NCBI GenBank assembly: GCA_041395865.1
Contig: JAWKZQ010000008.1
Span: forward strand, 12,090-76,089
Reading direction: 5' to 3'
Length of the DNA stretch: 64,000 nt
Source: Pseudomonadales bacterium
Lineage (GTDB): Bacteria > Pseudomonadota > Gammaproteobacteria > Pseudomonadales > IMCC2047
The position numbers and the translations under genes were made by a program. Below are positions 10,222-20,376 of the stretch, in pieces; positions within the stretch are counted from its first letter, which is position 1; each line of letters opens with the position of its first letter. The notes beneath the pieces are model-generated. The model was given only the letters and a program-made list of their open reading frames with translations. It was not told where the DNA came from and made no database searches.

Positions 10222-11407
10222 GTAACAGCTTGCGCGTATCGGCCCTTGCCGACTTCCTGCCAAGCGACTTTGTCATCAGTTTGACCGCTTTCTGGGCCGT
10301 GGCCCGGTAGCCGGTCAGTTTCCCGCCATACACACTGATCCAGCGTGGCGAACAGGGGTTATCGCAAAGCAGCTGTGTTTCTCTGGAACGATGAAAGGCG
10401 TGGCGTGCTTCGTCCCTGGGCAGTACTCGCAGGCCGGCAAAGCGCTCGAGAACCTGGGGATTGAATGACGGAAAATAGTGCTTGAGCACGATTAACAGGT
10501 ATTCCTCTTCATCCTGCCGGGGAGCAACCTGATCCGGGTCGCCCTCGAAGGTTGTTTCGGTGGTGCCCAACAGGGTATTTCCCTTCCAGGGCAACACAAA
10601 AACGGCGCGTTGATCCTGGGGCGCTTCCAGGTAAAAGCATTCGCTGCTGATTTGACCGGCCAGAACCAGGTGAGTGCCCTGTACCAGATCCACATTGGCG
10701 CAGGGCGGAGCGGGTGTGACGCAGCTATTAATCAGGTTGGCCCATGGGCCGCCTGCGTTCACCACGAGTCGGCTGAACACTTCATGTTCGGTATTTTGCC
10801 AGTCGATTTTCAGGCGGTAGCCGCCGCCAACGTGTTTGGCCGCCAGCAGGTTGGCTGGGTTACAGGCGTGAGCGCCCAAAGAGCGAGCCGAGTCGATCAC
10901 TGCGCGGGTTAGCAGGGCGTCATCGGTTTGTGCGTCCGGGTAGCAAAAAACCTTTTTAAGACCTGCCTTTTGCAAGCCGTTGAGGTGTTGTGCCTGGTCG
11001 TTTGTAAGCACCCGGTAACGGCACGCTTTTCGGTTAAGGCCAAACAATGCGTAAAGGCACAGGCCGATGTGAAGCTGCCAGCTTCTGTAATGAGAGCCTG
11101 CGTAGAGCGGGATGTAGAAGTGATTGCGATGCACCAGGTCGGGGGCGATTTCCAACAGAATTTCCCGCTCCCGAATACTTTCCCTGACCAGAGAAAACTG
11201 GCCTGTTTGCAGGTATCGCAGCCCCCCGTGAATCAGCTTGCTTGATTTGCTGGATGTGCCGGATGCCCAGTCTTTTTTTTCCAGAAGTAATACCGAATAG
11301 CCTGCGGCAGCTGCGGCTTGGGCAATACCCGCACCGTGAATACCGCCGCCAATAACGGTTACCTCATATTGCTGCCGCAAGGTGTCCTGTTCCTTCGTAT
11401 CGTTCAA
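10163..11407 (-). CDS. FAD-dependent glycerol-3-phosphate dehydrogenase/oxidase (GlpD-like, short)
   Basis: IGGGIHGAG, GTSSKSSKLIHGGLRYL, GGKLTGYR. Confidence 0.88.
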   Translation of the reverse strand: MNDTKEQDTLRQQYEVTVIGGGIHGAGIAQAAAAAGYSVLLLEKKDWASGTSSKSSKLIHGGLRYLQTGQFSLVRESIREREILLEIAPDLVHRNHFYIPLYAGSHYRSWQLHIGLCLYALFGLNRKACRYRVLTNDQAQHLNGLQKAGLKKVFCYPDAQTDDALLTRAVIDSARSLGAHACNPANLLAAKHVGGGYRLKIDWQNTEHEVFSRLVVNAGGPWANLINSCVTPAPPCANVDLVQGTHLVLAGQISSECFYLEAPQDQRAVFVLPWKGNTLLGTTETTFEGDPDQVAPRQDEEEYLLIVLKHYFPSFNPQVLERFAGLRVLPRDEARHAFHRSRETQLLCDNPCSPRWISVYGGKLTGYRATAQKAVKLMTKSLGRKSARADTRKLLLTPATNESATPRANYGSAD

Positions 11408-12165
11408 TTTTGCTCCATAGGCTGATATCGGCTTTCCTGCTCCAGTGCCTCCTGCAACTCGACGGCGGCGAAGCTCTCGATATATTCAATGCCGCGTTGC
11501 TGCAGGTCTTTGGCGATTTCAGGGCAGTCTACTTCGTAGATCACCATTGTGCCGGGAAACTGGTCCAGCCGCCCTTGCTCGGGCAGACTATCGTAGTCGA
11601 CAAAAAGGTATTCGGGATGAAGCGCCTTGACCTCTTCCCGGTGCAAATCCTGCCATTTTCTAGGAGCGACACCGAGCGAATGCCAGCCTGCCGTGCGAGC
11701 ATGGTGGATAAAGGGAATGTGGAAACTGATCAGCGTGCATTGCCCGGCGACTGGCGCGAGCACTTCCTGGATACACTGGAAGCAGGTTTCAATGCCGTGG
11801 AAGTCGATACTGATCGACTTGGCTTCGATAAACGCGTGTACATGGGAGTGGGTTTGCAGTAGGTCCACCAGCTCCTTGAGTGGCGTAATGGTTTGACTGA
11901 TAAAGCGTTTTCCAAACCGCAAGGGCTCGTGATTGGGCGTACGCACGAGCTGAGCGAAGGGATAGTCGTGAATAGCTCCTTTTGCACCGCTGCATCGCTC
12001 CAGGGTGCGGTCGTGGTAAAGGACGGGCTGTTTATCTGCACTCAGCTGGACATCCGTTTCAATAAACCGGATTCCACCTTTGACGGCTTCAACATAAGCC
12101 AGCAGAGTATTTTCCGGGAAGCGCCTTTGATAGCCCCGGTGTGCGACTAAATTGATGGGACTCAT
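11404..12165 (-). CDS. Glycerophosphodiester phosphodiesterase family protein
   Basis: VAHRG...PENTLLAY, IETDVQLSADKQPVLYHD. Confidence 0.9.
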   Translation of the reverse strand: MSPINLVAHRGYQRRFPENTLLAYVEAVKGGIRFIETDVQLSADKQPVLYHDRTLERCSGAKGAIHDYPFAQLVRTPNHEPLRFGKRFISQTITPLKELVDLLQTHSHVHAFIEAKSISIDFHGIETCFQCIQEVLAPVAGQCTLISFHIPFIHHARTAGWHSLGVAPRKWQDLHREEVKALHPEYLFVDYDSLPEQGRLDQFPGTMVIYEVDCPEIAKDLQQRGIEYIESFAAVELQEALEQESRYQPMEQN

Positions 12166-12299
12166 GAGGTTTCCATTCGCTGATCTACGAGCCAGTATGC
12201 GTGAAAATTTGAGGCGATTCCAGTGGCTTGTTCAGCTGCTCGACGCCCTTGATAAGCAGGCGTAAGATGAATAAACCCCGGTGCAGTCAGGAGATGGGT

Positions 12300-12836
12300 A
12301 TGAAGGTTTTGAAATGGGGCTTGGCCGGTATTGTGGTGTTGCTTGTCGTGGGCTTTTTGCTGCCGTCGACAACCCGGGTTGAGCGTAGCGTGACGATTGA
12401 TGCGAGCCCCATACAGGTTTTTGTCTACCTGAATGATTATCGTCATTTCAACCAGTGGTCGCCCTAGTATGAGCGCGACCCGAATACCCAGTTTGAATTT
12501 TCCGGTCCGGCGACTGGCGTCGGCAGTCGTATGCAGTGGCAAAGCGATCACAGGCAGGTAGGCGCCGGCGCACAGGAAATTGTCGAGTCGGAACCCGCTC
12601 GCTACTTAAAGGTGCGATTGGAGTTCGGTGATGGTGCCCCCGCCTATGCAGACTTTAGGCTGACACCGCTGGAAGCCGGCACCCAGGTGGTTTGGGGTTT
12701 TCAAATGAGTCACGGCTGGAATCCGGTGTCGCGCTGGTTCGGGCTGATGATGGACCGCTGGATCGGTCCGGATTACCAGGCGGGGCTGGCCAACCTGAAA
12801 CAGGTTGTCGAAACCGATCGCCAGTCGCTGCCCTAA
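12300..12836 (+). pseudogene. SRPBCC/polyketide cyclase family protein interrupted by an in-frame TAG at 12465-12467
   Basis: ORFs 12228..12467 and 12531..12836 share a frame; joined text ...FNQWSP*YERDPNTQFEFSGPATGVGSRMQW... fits the family WSPW..DP....SGP..GVG motif; SD AGGAG before ATG 12300. Confidence 0.8.
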
Positions 12837-12858
12837 GTCGATCCCGGAATCGGCTGAG

Positions 12859-13263
12859 TTACTCCGGGTATTCTGAGAAACTGGTAATTTCGTCACTACA
12901 GGACCAGTCACTGCGTGAACCGCAAAAAATACGGGCTTCGGGCTGTATGTCTGGTTCGTGGTCCAGGGTACCGGCCGGCAAAACCACCATGCCCATTTGT
13001 GGAAAGTGGCGTGGCAAAGAGGCGCCGCATTCACTGCAAAAATCGTTTCTGAACCGTTGCGCTTCGGGAACTTTATACTGTTTGATCAGCTCTTCTCCCC
13101 GGAGCCACTCAATGCCGGAAGCTTTTACCCGGATAATACTGGCGTGGCCGGTTCCGGTTGCTTTGCGGCAACGTTGGCAATGGCAGTGATAAAAAGCAGT
13201 GGTTTCGCCTTCGATTTTATAAGCGGTTTTACCGCATAGGCAGCTACCGGTCAGTGTTGTCAT
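12859..13263 (-). CDS. GFA (glutathione-dependent formaldehyde-activating/CENP-V) family protein
   Basis: GSCLCG, CHCQRCRKATG, FCSECG. Confidence 0.92.
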   Translation of the reverse strand: MTTLTGSCLCGKTAYKIEGETTAFYHCHCQRCRKATGTGHASIIRVKASGIEWLRGEELIKQYKVPEAQRFRNDFCSECGASLPRHFPQMGMVVLPAGTLDHEPDIQPEARIFCGSRSDWSCSDEITSFSEYPE

Positions 13264-13364
13264 CTTGTACCTCGCTATTCGATGTTTTGGCCAATTCTAG
13301 ACATTGTTTGCGCCCTTGTGCACGCCTAAGTAGAATAAATTGCTGATCACAAACGGAGGAGGCT

Positions 13365-13757
13365 ATGAAGGTCAGGATATTGCTGTGGACATTGTTATGT
13401 CTGCCGGGTTGGGCGGCGGCACAGAATGAAGCGCATATGCAGCGAATGATGGAGCAGGCGCGTGAGGCCCAGATGTGCATGGAAAAAATAGACCGTGCCC
13501 AGTTGCAGGCGTTGGCGGACAAAGCCCAGGCTTTCGAAGCGCAAATTAAAAAATTATGTGCCGAAGGGAAGCGGACCGAGGCGCAGAGCCAGGGTATCAA
13601 ATTCAGCCAGGAGATGTCGCATAGTCCGGTAGCCCAAGAAATGCGCCGTTGCAGTGAAATGATGGCGGGTGTGATGGCGGGGTTTGGCGGCATGGCGCAT
13701 GCCGGAGTGCCGACGGTGGAGGAAATGGAAAGCCAGCACATCTGCGATACCTTCTAG
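13365..13757 (+). CDS. Hypothetical secreted Met-rich helical protein
   Basis: SD GGAGGAGG, signal peptide (AAA-Q), four Cys in the mature part. Confidence 0.7.
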   Translation: MKVRILLWTLLCLPGWAAAQNEAHMQRMMEQAREAQMCMEKIDRAQLQALADKAQAFEAQIKKLCAEGKRTEAQSQGIKFSQEMSHSPVAQEMRRCSEMMAGVMAGFGGMAHAGVPTVEEMESQHICDTF

Positions 13758-13770
13758 GCCAAGCGCTTAC

Positions 13771-15120
13771 CTATTCTGAACGCTCCCGGTCAGGTGTGCT
13801 GGGAGTAAAGTTTTCCGAAGAGGCCAGGTCGGGGGAATCGTCCTCGGGAGTATTCGGGAGCACCTCCTCAACGCTCTCTCCGTCCTTGTCCGTTCTTTGG
13901 ATGCCGATCCTGAAGGCGGCGAACCCAGGCATAACCACCTGGTTGACGGCCATGCCCAGAATACGCCCCTCAAAGGGAGCCGTGATCTCGCTACGGACGT
14001 TGGTAATAGGGTCTGTGACGGTACCGAGTAAATCGCCTTTATCTACCTTCTCACCAAGCTCGACATCGCTGAAAAGGATGCCGCCCCGATTAGCGCGCAC
14101 CCAGATAGAATGATAATAAACGGGCTCCGGTGGCCCCCAAAGACTCATTTTCTTGCCCATGCCCAAGGTGCTGATGAGGGTGTTAATGCCCTTAACGCCG
14201 TGTTCGACTGCTTCCTCTTCGAGATGCATCGAACCACCTGCTTCAAGTGTGACTGCCGGAATGCCGTTATCGGTTGCTGCCCGACGCAGCGTGCCGACGG
14301 CACCCGTACTGTGTAACACGGCTGTGGCGCCGAATCCCTGGGTGAGTTTAACCACCTCGGGCTGGCTCAGGTCAGCGCGCAGTTGTGGCAGGTTGATGCG
14401 GTGAAAGGAGCCGGTGTGAATATCGACCAGGGCATCGCAATGGCTAATCACTTCCCGGAAAAAGGAATAGGCGATACGGGATGCAGAACTGCCTTGGGTG
14501 TTGCCGGGGAAAAAGCGGTTCAGGTCGCGCCGGTCGGTCAGGTAGCGGGAGCTGCGCTGGAAGCCCTGCAGGTTGACGATGGGAACACCGATGACTGTGC
14601 CGGAGAGTTTTTCCGCTTCCAGTGCATACATTACCCGACGCACAATTTCGATACCGTTCAGTTCATCGCCATGCACGGCTGCCGTCAGGCAAAGCACCGG
14701 TCCGGTATTTGCGCCTTTGACAACCAGCACGGAGGTCGGTGAGGCAATGCTCTCGAAAGACTGGCTGGGCGACCAGGCCAGGCGGGTTGAGGTGCCGGGC
14801 AATACCTGGGTGCCCAGGAACAAGAGGGGGGGCGTGGCATCGGTTTCTGCCGCCGGTTCGTCGCTGGCCACCTCGCTTTCCTGTTCAAAAGCTTGACCTG
14901 TCTCTTCGACGGGTTCGTCAAGGTCAATACTCTTGGCGCGCGGAAGGAGTGTCGCCGACGCCTGCAAATCGGTTTCATCCTCTAAACGGCTTTCGTTGGC
15001 TTGTACGAACAGGGGCTGCAGGCTGAATAGCAGGATTCCCAGGCATAAAGCCAGCTTTGAGCCATGTCTGTTGATGGCCTTGGGAAAACTACTGCGAATG
15101 TGACTGTAATTTTTAGACAT
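13771..15120 (-). CDS. Succinylglutamate desuccinylase/aspartoacylase (M14-like) family protein
   Basis: AAVHGDELNG, DLNRFFPG, DIHTG, TLEAG, C-terminal lipoyl-like domain; N-terminal signal and acidic linker; start uncertain (15153 or 15120). Confidence 0.88.
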   Translation of the reverse strand: MSKNYSHIRSSFPKAINRHGSKLALCLGILLFSLQPLFVQANESRLEDETDLQASATLLPRAKSIDLDEPVEETGQAFEQESEVASDEPAAETDATPPLLFLGTQVLPGTSTRLAWSPSQSFESIASPTSVLVVKGANTGPVLCLTAAVHGDELNGIEIVRRVMYALEAEKLSGTVIGVPIVNLQGFQRSSRYLTDRRDLNRFFPGNTQGSSASRIAYSFFREVISHCDALVDIHTGSFHRINLPQLRADLSQPEVVKLTQGFGATAVLHSTGAVGTLRRAATDNGIPAVTLEAGGSMHLEEEAVEHGVKGINTLISTLGMGKKMSLWGPPEPVYYHSIWVRANRGGILFSDVELGEKVDKGDLLGTVTDPITNVRSEITAPFEGRILGMAVNQVVMPGFAAFRIGIQRTDKDGESVEEVLPNTPEDDSPDLASSENFTPSTPDRERSE

Positions 15121-15276
15121 AACCGCTGTCTGGGAAGAAATCGGGGGCGACAAAATGCTCTAGCTGAAAGTATAGTTGGAATTCTGCATCTTGCCGTGTT
15201 GTTTTTCAAATTGTCAGCGTTAGAATGCGCGACCCGGTGAGGGTTCCTCCCACTCATAAATTTTAAGTTGTTGTCT

Positions 15277-16215
15277 ATGTGGTTTAAGAATTTACAAATC
15301 TATCGCTTTACCAAACCCTTTACTCGTACGCCTGAAGAGCTTGGCCAGCTGCTGGAAGCGCAGGCTTTTCAACCCTGTGCCGGCCAGGATATGTTGAAAC
15401 TGGGGTGGGTGCCGCCTTTAGGCCGTTTTGGTTCCGAGTATGTACACGCCGCAAACGGGTACATGATGATTTGCGCCAAACGACAGGAAAAGGTGCTGCC
15501 CGCGGCTGTTATCCGTGAGGAGCTGGAAGAGCGGTTGTTGGCCCTGGAAGAGAGCGAGAGCCGCAAAGTCGGGCGCAAGGAGCGCAACCAGATAAAGGAC
15601 GAGCTGATCTTTGAGCTGCTGCCCCGCGCCTTTGGCCGCTCAAGCCTGCAGTTTGCCTACATTGACGCTAACGCCGGGCTGTTGGTGATCAATTCCTCTT
15701 CTGTGAAACGCGCCGAGGAGCTGATTGGGCTGCTGCGCGATGCCGTTGGCGTTTTGTCATTGATTCCGCTGGCACCCAAGAACCTGCCTATCCAAACCAT
15801 GACAGGATGGCTGGAGAGCGGCCAGGTGCCTGCCGGTTTTGAGTTGGGGCAGGCCTGTGAGCTGCGTGATAACAGCGATGAAAAAAGCGTCATTCGCTGT
15901 ACAAACCTGAATCTTGAGTCGGAGGAAATCAACAGCCACATCAAGGCCAGCATGCATGCGAGCAAACTGGCGCTGTGTTGGCAGGAGCGCGTGGAGTGTG
16001 TTGTTGATGACAAGCTGGCGATCAAGCGCCTGCGCTTTACCGATGTGGTGCAGGAAAAAGCGGCTGAAACCGATGCACAGGATTTTGCCGAACAGTTTGA
16101 TGTGGATTTTGCCATCATGACACTGGAACTGTCGGCTTTTATCAGCGCCTTGCTGGACGCTTTTGGCGGCGAGGACAGCGATCATTCGCCTGTTGATGCG
16201 CAGAATGCTGCCTAG
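15277..16215 (+). CDS. rdgC: Recombination-associated protein RdgC
   Basis: MWFKNLQIYRF, GWVPPLG, EKVLPAAVI, LLPRAF, DFAIMTLEL. Confidence 0.96.
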   Translation: MWFKNLQIYRFTKPFTRTPEELGQLLEAQAFQPCAGQDMLKLGWVPPLGRFGSEYVHAANGYMMICAKRQEKVLPAAVIREELEERLLALEESESRKVGRKERNQIKDELIFELLPRAFGRSSLQFAYIDANAGLLVINSSSVKRAEELIGLLRDAVGVLSLIPLAPKNLPIQTMTGWLESGQVPAGFELGQACELRDNSDEKSVIRCTNLNLESEEINSHIKASMHASKLALCWQERVECVVDDKLAIKRLRFTDVVQEKAAETDAQDFAEQFDVDFAIMTLELSAFISALLDAFGGEDSDHSPVDAQNAA

Positions 16216-16247
16216 ATTCTGTTGATGAACGTTGCGGTTGCCGACTA

Positions 16248-17222
16248 ATGCGGCTTTTCCTAGCCCCCATGCAGGGCGTGGTCGATCACAGTATGCGGGA
16301 AATGCTGACCCGCATCGGTGGTTTCGACCGGTGTGTGACCGAGTTTGTCCGGGTAACCAATACGCGTTACCCGGAGAAGGTCTTTAAACGTTACTGCCCC
16401 GAACTTTTACAGGGCGGTACTACCGAGGCCGGTACACCTGTTTATGTGCAGTTTCTGGGGGGAAACCCCCATTGGATGGCGGCAAATGCGGCTAAGGCCG
16501 CAAGACTCGGAGCGCCCGGTATTGACCTCAACTTTGGCTGTCCGGCCAAGATTGTCAACCGTAACGATGGCGGCTCGATCCTGTTAAAAGAGCCGGAGCG
16601 GGTTGCCGCTATTGTAAAAGCGGTGCGCGATGCGGTTGATCCCGCCGTTCCCGTGACGGCCAAAATACGCCTCGGCTTTAAGGATGCGAGCCTGCTTTCA
16701 GAGATTGCGGGGGGTATCGAAGAGGCGGGCGCCAGCGAACTTTGCATCCATGCGCGCACCCGTGAAGACGGTTACAAACCACCTGCCTATTGGCAGCATA
16801 TTCATGCCGTGCGGTCGCAGTTAAACATTCCTGTCATCGCCAATGGGGAAATTTGGACAGTGGCTGATGCCCTGGAGGCGCAACAGCAAAGCGGCTGTGT
16901 GGATTTGATGCTGGGGCGGGGGGCTTTGGCCTGTCCGGACTTAGCGCTGGCAATCAAACGGCAAAACCTCAGCAACAGTATTGAATTGATGGCCTGGAAC
17001 CAGGTCGTCGATGAGCTGGCGGATTTTTTTGAGAACTGTGATCAGCCCTGCCCAAAATATGTGGGTAACCGTACCAAGCAGTGGCTATCCTACCTGCGGC
17101 GGCAGTACCCCCAGGCGGAACTGTTGTTCCAGCGACTGAAACGGCTGCGGACTGTGCCGGACATCCTTTCGGCCCTTGATACGCACCGTCGCTTCGATCT
17201 CCAGGAAAGCTTTCCAGGTTAA
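16248..17222 (+). CDS. dusC: tRNA-dihydrouridine synthase C
   Basis: LAPMQGVVD, CVTEFVRV, IDLNFGCPAK, HART..DGYKPPAYW, ANGEIW. Confidence 0.92.
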   Translation: MRLFLAPMQGVVDHSMREMLTRIGGFDRCVTEFVRVTNTRYPEKVFKRYCPELLQGGTTEAGTPVYVQFLGGNPHWMAANAAKAARLGAPGIDLNFGCPAKIVNRNDGGSILLKEPERVAAIVKAVRDAVDPAVPVTAKIRLGFKDASLLSEIAGGIEEAGASELCIHARTREDGYKPPAYWQHIHAVRSQLNIPVIANGEIWTVADALEAQQQSGCVDLMLGRGALACPDLALAIKRQNLSNSIELMAWNQVVDELADFFENCDQPCPKYVGNRTKQWLSYLRRQYPQAELLFQRLKRLRTVPDILSALDTHRRFDLQESFPG

Positions 17223-17226
17223 CCCG

Positions 17227-17847
17227 GTGGCAACGCTTTATTACTTCCATGACCCCATGTGTAGTTGGTGCTGGGGATACCGGCCGGTATGGCAGACGTT
17301 GAAAGCCCGCTTGCCTGCCGAACTTGACGTTGAAAACGTACTCGGGGGCCTCGCGCCCGATAACGACCAGCCGATGCCGCTTGAACTCCAGGTGCAGATA
17401 CAGGCGCATTGGCGCCGCATTGAAACCGAGTTGGGGCGGCCATTCAACTTTGCTTTTTGGACCCGGAACCAGCCCCGGCGATCAACCTATCCGGCCTGTC
17501 GGGCCGTACTGGCGGCTGAACGGCAGGGGCGGGAAGAGGCGATGATCGAAGCGATTCAGCTGGCCTATTACCAGCGGGCCTTAAATCCTTCGGACGATTC
17601 GGTGCTTGAGCAATTGGCCCTGGAGCTGGGGCTGGATGCCCGGAGCTTCAGCGAGGACTTGAGATCGCAGGAAACCGAGCGGAAGTTAGCGCAGCAGGTG
17701 GCTTTTTCGCGTGCTGTCGCGATTTCCGGCTTTCCGTCGCTGCTATTGAGGTGCGGCGGGAGCGATACCCCCGTCGCGATTGATTACCGGGATCATCGGC
17801 CTGCGTTGCTACAGATTACGCAGGCCATGAGCCTCGAAAAGAATTAG
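17227..17847 (+). CDS. DsbA/FrnE-like thioredoxin-fold protein
   Basis: YFHDPMCSWCWG, RSTYPACRAV, GFPSL; GTG 17227 preferred start. Confidence 0.88.
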   Translation: MATLYYFHDPMCSWCWGYRPVWQTLKARLPAELDVENVLGGLAPDNDQPMPLELQVQIQAHWRRIETELGRPFNFAFWTRNQPRRSTYPACRAVLAAERQGREEAMIEAIQLAYYQRALNPSDDSVLEQLALELGLDARSFSEDLRSQETERKLAQQVAFSRAVAISGFPSLLLRCGGSDTPVAIDYRDHRPALLQITQAMSLEKN

Positions 17848-18212
17848 GCCGCGTTGGCGAAACGCCCCTGCAGGTATTCAACGATTGCGTTGGAATCGTA
17901 CAGCCAGTTCACTTCGCCGTTTTCTTCGATGCGCAGGCAGGGCACTTTGATTTTACCGCCCTGTTCCAGCAGTTCCTGGCGAACTTTTTCGTCGTTTTTG
18001 GCGTCGCGGGTTACAACTTTCAGGGAATGGCGCTTAAAGCAGCGACGTACCTTGATGCAGAAAGGACAGGCTTTGAATTGGTACAGTGACAGGCCGGCAG
18101 TTTGCTGATCGATTTGCTGTTGCAGCTCTGGAGAACGCTTCACGCCACGGGGAGTGGTGATCCAGTTTAAGAACAGCAGGATGGGAGCAAGGATCATTCG
18201 AACGATACGCAT
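17844..18212 (-). CDS. Glutaredoxin family protein
   Basis: LYQFKACPFCIKVRR, GGKIKVPCLRIEE, WLYDS; start uncertain. Confidence 0.88.
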   Translation of the reverse strand: MRIVRMILAPILLFLNWITTPRGVKRSPELQQQIDQQTAGLSLYQFKACPFCIKVRRCFKRHSLKVVTRDAKNDEKVRQELLEQGGKIKVPCLRIEENGEVNWLYDSNAIVEYLQGRFANAA

Positions 18213-18563
18213 GGATAAAATACCTAACTTGTTGAATTGGTTTGCCAAAATGGCCGGGCATACTAGCACAGGCCCGGGTGTTTTTGAAAGAGGGAAGCGG
18301 GCCTGCGGAACTTCGATAGGCGTTGATAAACGTATGATGGATCGCCAAAATATTCTTTCCTGCGCTTAACTGTGTTATTGGGAAGGAAAGTCGCTGACCT
18401 GTCGCTCTACAGATGCGCGTTCAATGCTCAAAACAGGAACAGCGATAGCAGGCTTGGTTTTTTCTTTAACGTGCTGCAAAAAGGCGTTTCTGGTGTATTC
18501 GGCCGCTAATCCTTATCGGGTTGTGATGCGCTAACGTCTAGACTTCTACAGGATGTGTTCGTC

Positions 18564-20285
18564 ATGCTTGAATCCAATACATTATTGATTCTCGGCGGGT
18601 TAATGCTCTTTGCAGGCATTCTTGCAAAGGTTATTTCAGACCGCTTCAAGCTACCACTGCTGTTATTGTTTTTGATCGTGGGCATGCTGACAGGCGAGGA
18701 CGGCATTGTTGGTATCGAGTTCGATAATTTTCAGGTTGCATTTGTTGCGAGTAATTTAGCCCTCGCGGTCATTTTGTTGGATGGCGGTCTGCGAACCTCG
18801 TTGCAATCCTTTCGGACGGCGCTGGGGGCCGCCAGTACGCTGGCAACGGTGGGGGTTATTTTAACGGCCGGGGGCGTTGGTCTTTTTGCGACTTGGCTGC
18901 TGGATATTGATTGGCGGCTAGGCTTGCTGCTTGGGGCGATTGTCGGCTCAACGGATGCGGCTGCCGTGTTTAACCTGCTGGGGCAAAGCGGTATTCAGCT
19001 TAACGAGCGGGTTCGTTCGACGCTGGAAATTGAGTCCGGCGCCAATGACCCGATGGCGATTCTTCTGGTGCTGGTGCTTCTGGAGTATATCGCTCTGCAG
19101 GATCAGGCGCCTAACTTTGTGACTGCGCTCGTCATGTTGGGGCAGCAGTTTGGCCTGGGTGCTTTGGCGGGTTGCCTGGGGGGCTGGATTCTGGCGCGGT
19201 TGATCGGGAACCTGCGCCTGTCGGAGGGGCTGTATTCCCTGCTGGTGCTTTCCGGCGGTATCGTGATTTTTGCCGGTGTTAACATGTTGGGCGGCAGTGG
19301 TTTCCTTGCCATTTACCTGACGGGTATTTTGGTGGCCAAGAAACCGGAGCAGGCCACCGAACACGTCAAACTGGCTATGGATGGGTTTGCCTGGCTGGCG
19401 CAGGCCGGCCTCTTCCTTATTTTGGGGCTGTTGGTAACGCCTTCCCACCTGGTACAGTATCTCCTGGTCGGACTTGCAATCGCGATCTTCCAGATGTTTA
19501 TTGCCCGCCCTGCTGCCGTCTTTCTGTGCCTGCTCCCGTTTCGCTTTCCGGTGCGTGAAATTACCTATATTTCCTGGGTCGGGTTGCGTGGTGCTGTTCC
19601 GATTGTTTTGGCAATTTTCCCAACGATGGCCGGTCTTTCGGAATCGGAATTGCTGTTCGATATTACCTTCGTTGTGGTGTTTGTTTCGCTGGTTATTCAG
19701 GGCTCAACTGTGCCGACGGTTGCGCGTTGGCTGAAGGTGCTGATTCCCTACCGGGCCCAGCCCTTTGAGCAGCAGATGCTGTGGTTGAGTAAAAAAGAGA
19801 ATGTGGAGCTGGTTGCCTTCACGGTAGAGGAAGACAGCCCGGCGCAGGGGAGTAAGCCTGCACAATTGGACTGCCTGAAGATACCTGGGCTTGAGCTCTT
19901 TCAGCTGGTACGCCACGGGCAACGTTACGCGCCAGCCGATTCATTGTTTTTTCAGGAAAGCGATGTGCTTTGGATGATTTGCGAGCCCGGTCATACAGAA
20001 CGGCTTGCTGACTTTTTCTCTCATCGCGATCGCAGCGGCGAGTTGGCCAACCGGTCCTTTTTCGGGGAGTTTGTTATCGGGGGAGATTCCTCGGCTGCCG
20101 ATCTGGCAAGATCCTACGGGGTTGCGTTATCCGACCAGCAGATGGGCTGCACCATCGGCGAGTTAATAAGGCTGTCAAAAGGGCGGCGTATTGTGGTCGG
20201 CGACCGTGTGGCGCTGGGCCCCATTCGCCTCACCGTAAGAACCATGGAGGGCAGTCGTATTCTCACGGTGGGCTTGAAAGTATAG
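18564..20285 (+). CDS. cvrA: K+/H+ antiporter NhaP2/CvrA
   Basis: LDGGLRT, GSTDAAAVF, EIESGANDPMA, WVGLRGAVPIVLA, C-terminal TrkA-C/CorC-like domains. Confidence 0.92.
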   Translation: MLESNTLLILGGLMLFAGILAKVISDRFKLPLLLLFLIVGMLTGEDGIVGIEFDNFQVAFVASNLALAVILLDGGLRTSLQSFRTALGAASTLATVGVILTAGGVGLFATWLLDIDWRLGLLLGAIVGSTDAAAVFNLLGQSGIQLNERVRSTLEIESGANDPMAILLVLVLLEYIALQDQAPNFVTALVMLGQQFGLGALAGCLGGWILARLIGNLRLSEGLYSLLVLSGGIVIFAGVNMLGGSGFLAIYLTGILVAKKPEQATEHVKLAMDGFAWLAQAGLFLILGLLVTPSHLVQYLLVGLAIAIFQMFIARPAAVFLCLLPFRFPVREITYISWVGLRGAVPIVLAIFPTMAGLSESELLFDITFVVVFVSLVIQGSTVPTVARWLKVLIPYRAQPFEQQMLWLSKKENVELVAFTVEEDSPAQGSKPAQLDCLKIPGLELFQLVRHGQRYAPADSLFFQESDVLWMICEPGHTERLADFFSHRDRSGELANRSFFGEFVIGGDSSAADLARSYGVALSDQQMGCTIGELIRLSKGRRIVVGDRVALGPIRLTVRTMEGSRILTVGLKV

Positions 20286-20376
20286 CAATCCGGCATCGAA
20301 TGCCCCGCCGCACTGGTCGCCGGGCTACAACGGCTGGCAAGCACAGCGGTTTCTTTAAAACTGCCGAGGTTAGCTA

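Noticed and set aside
12465..12467. Genome-wide TAG recoding or pyrrolysine
   Set aside because: Many genes here end normally in TAG (rdgC, efpL, tpm) and no pyl genes are seen; one Trp nonsense change is simpler
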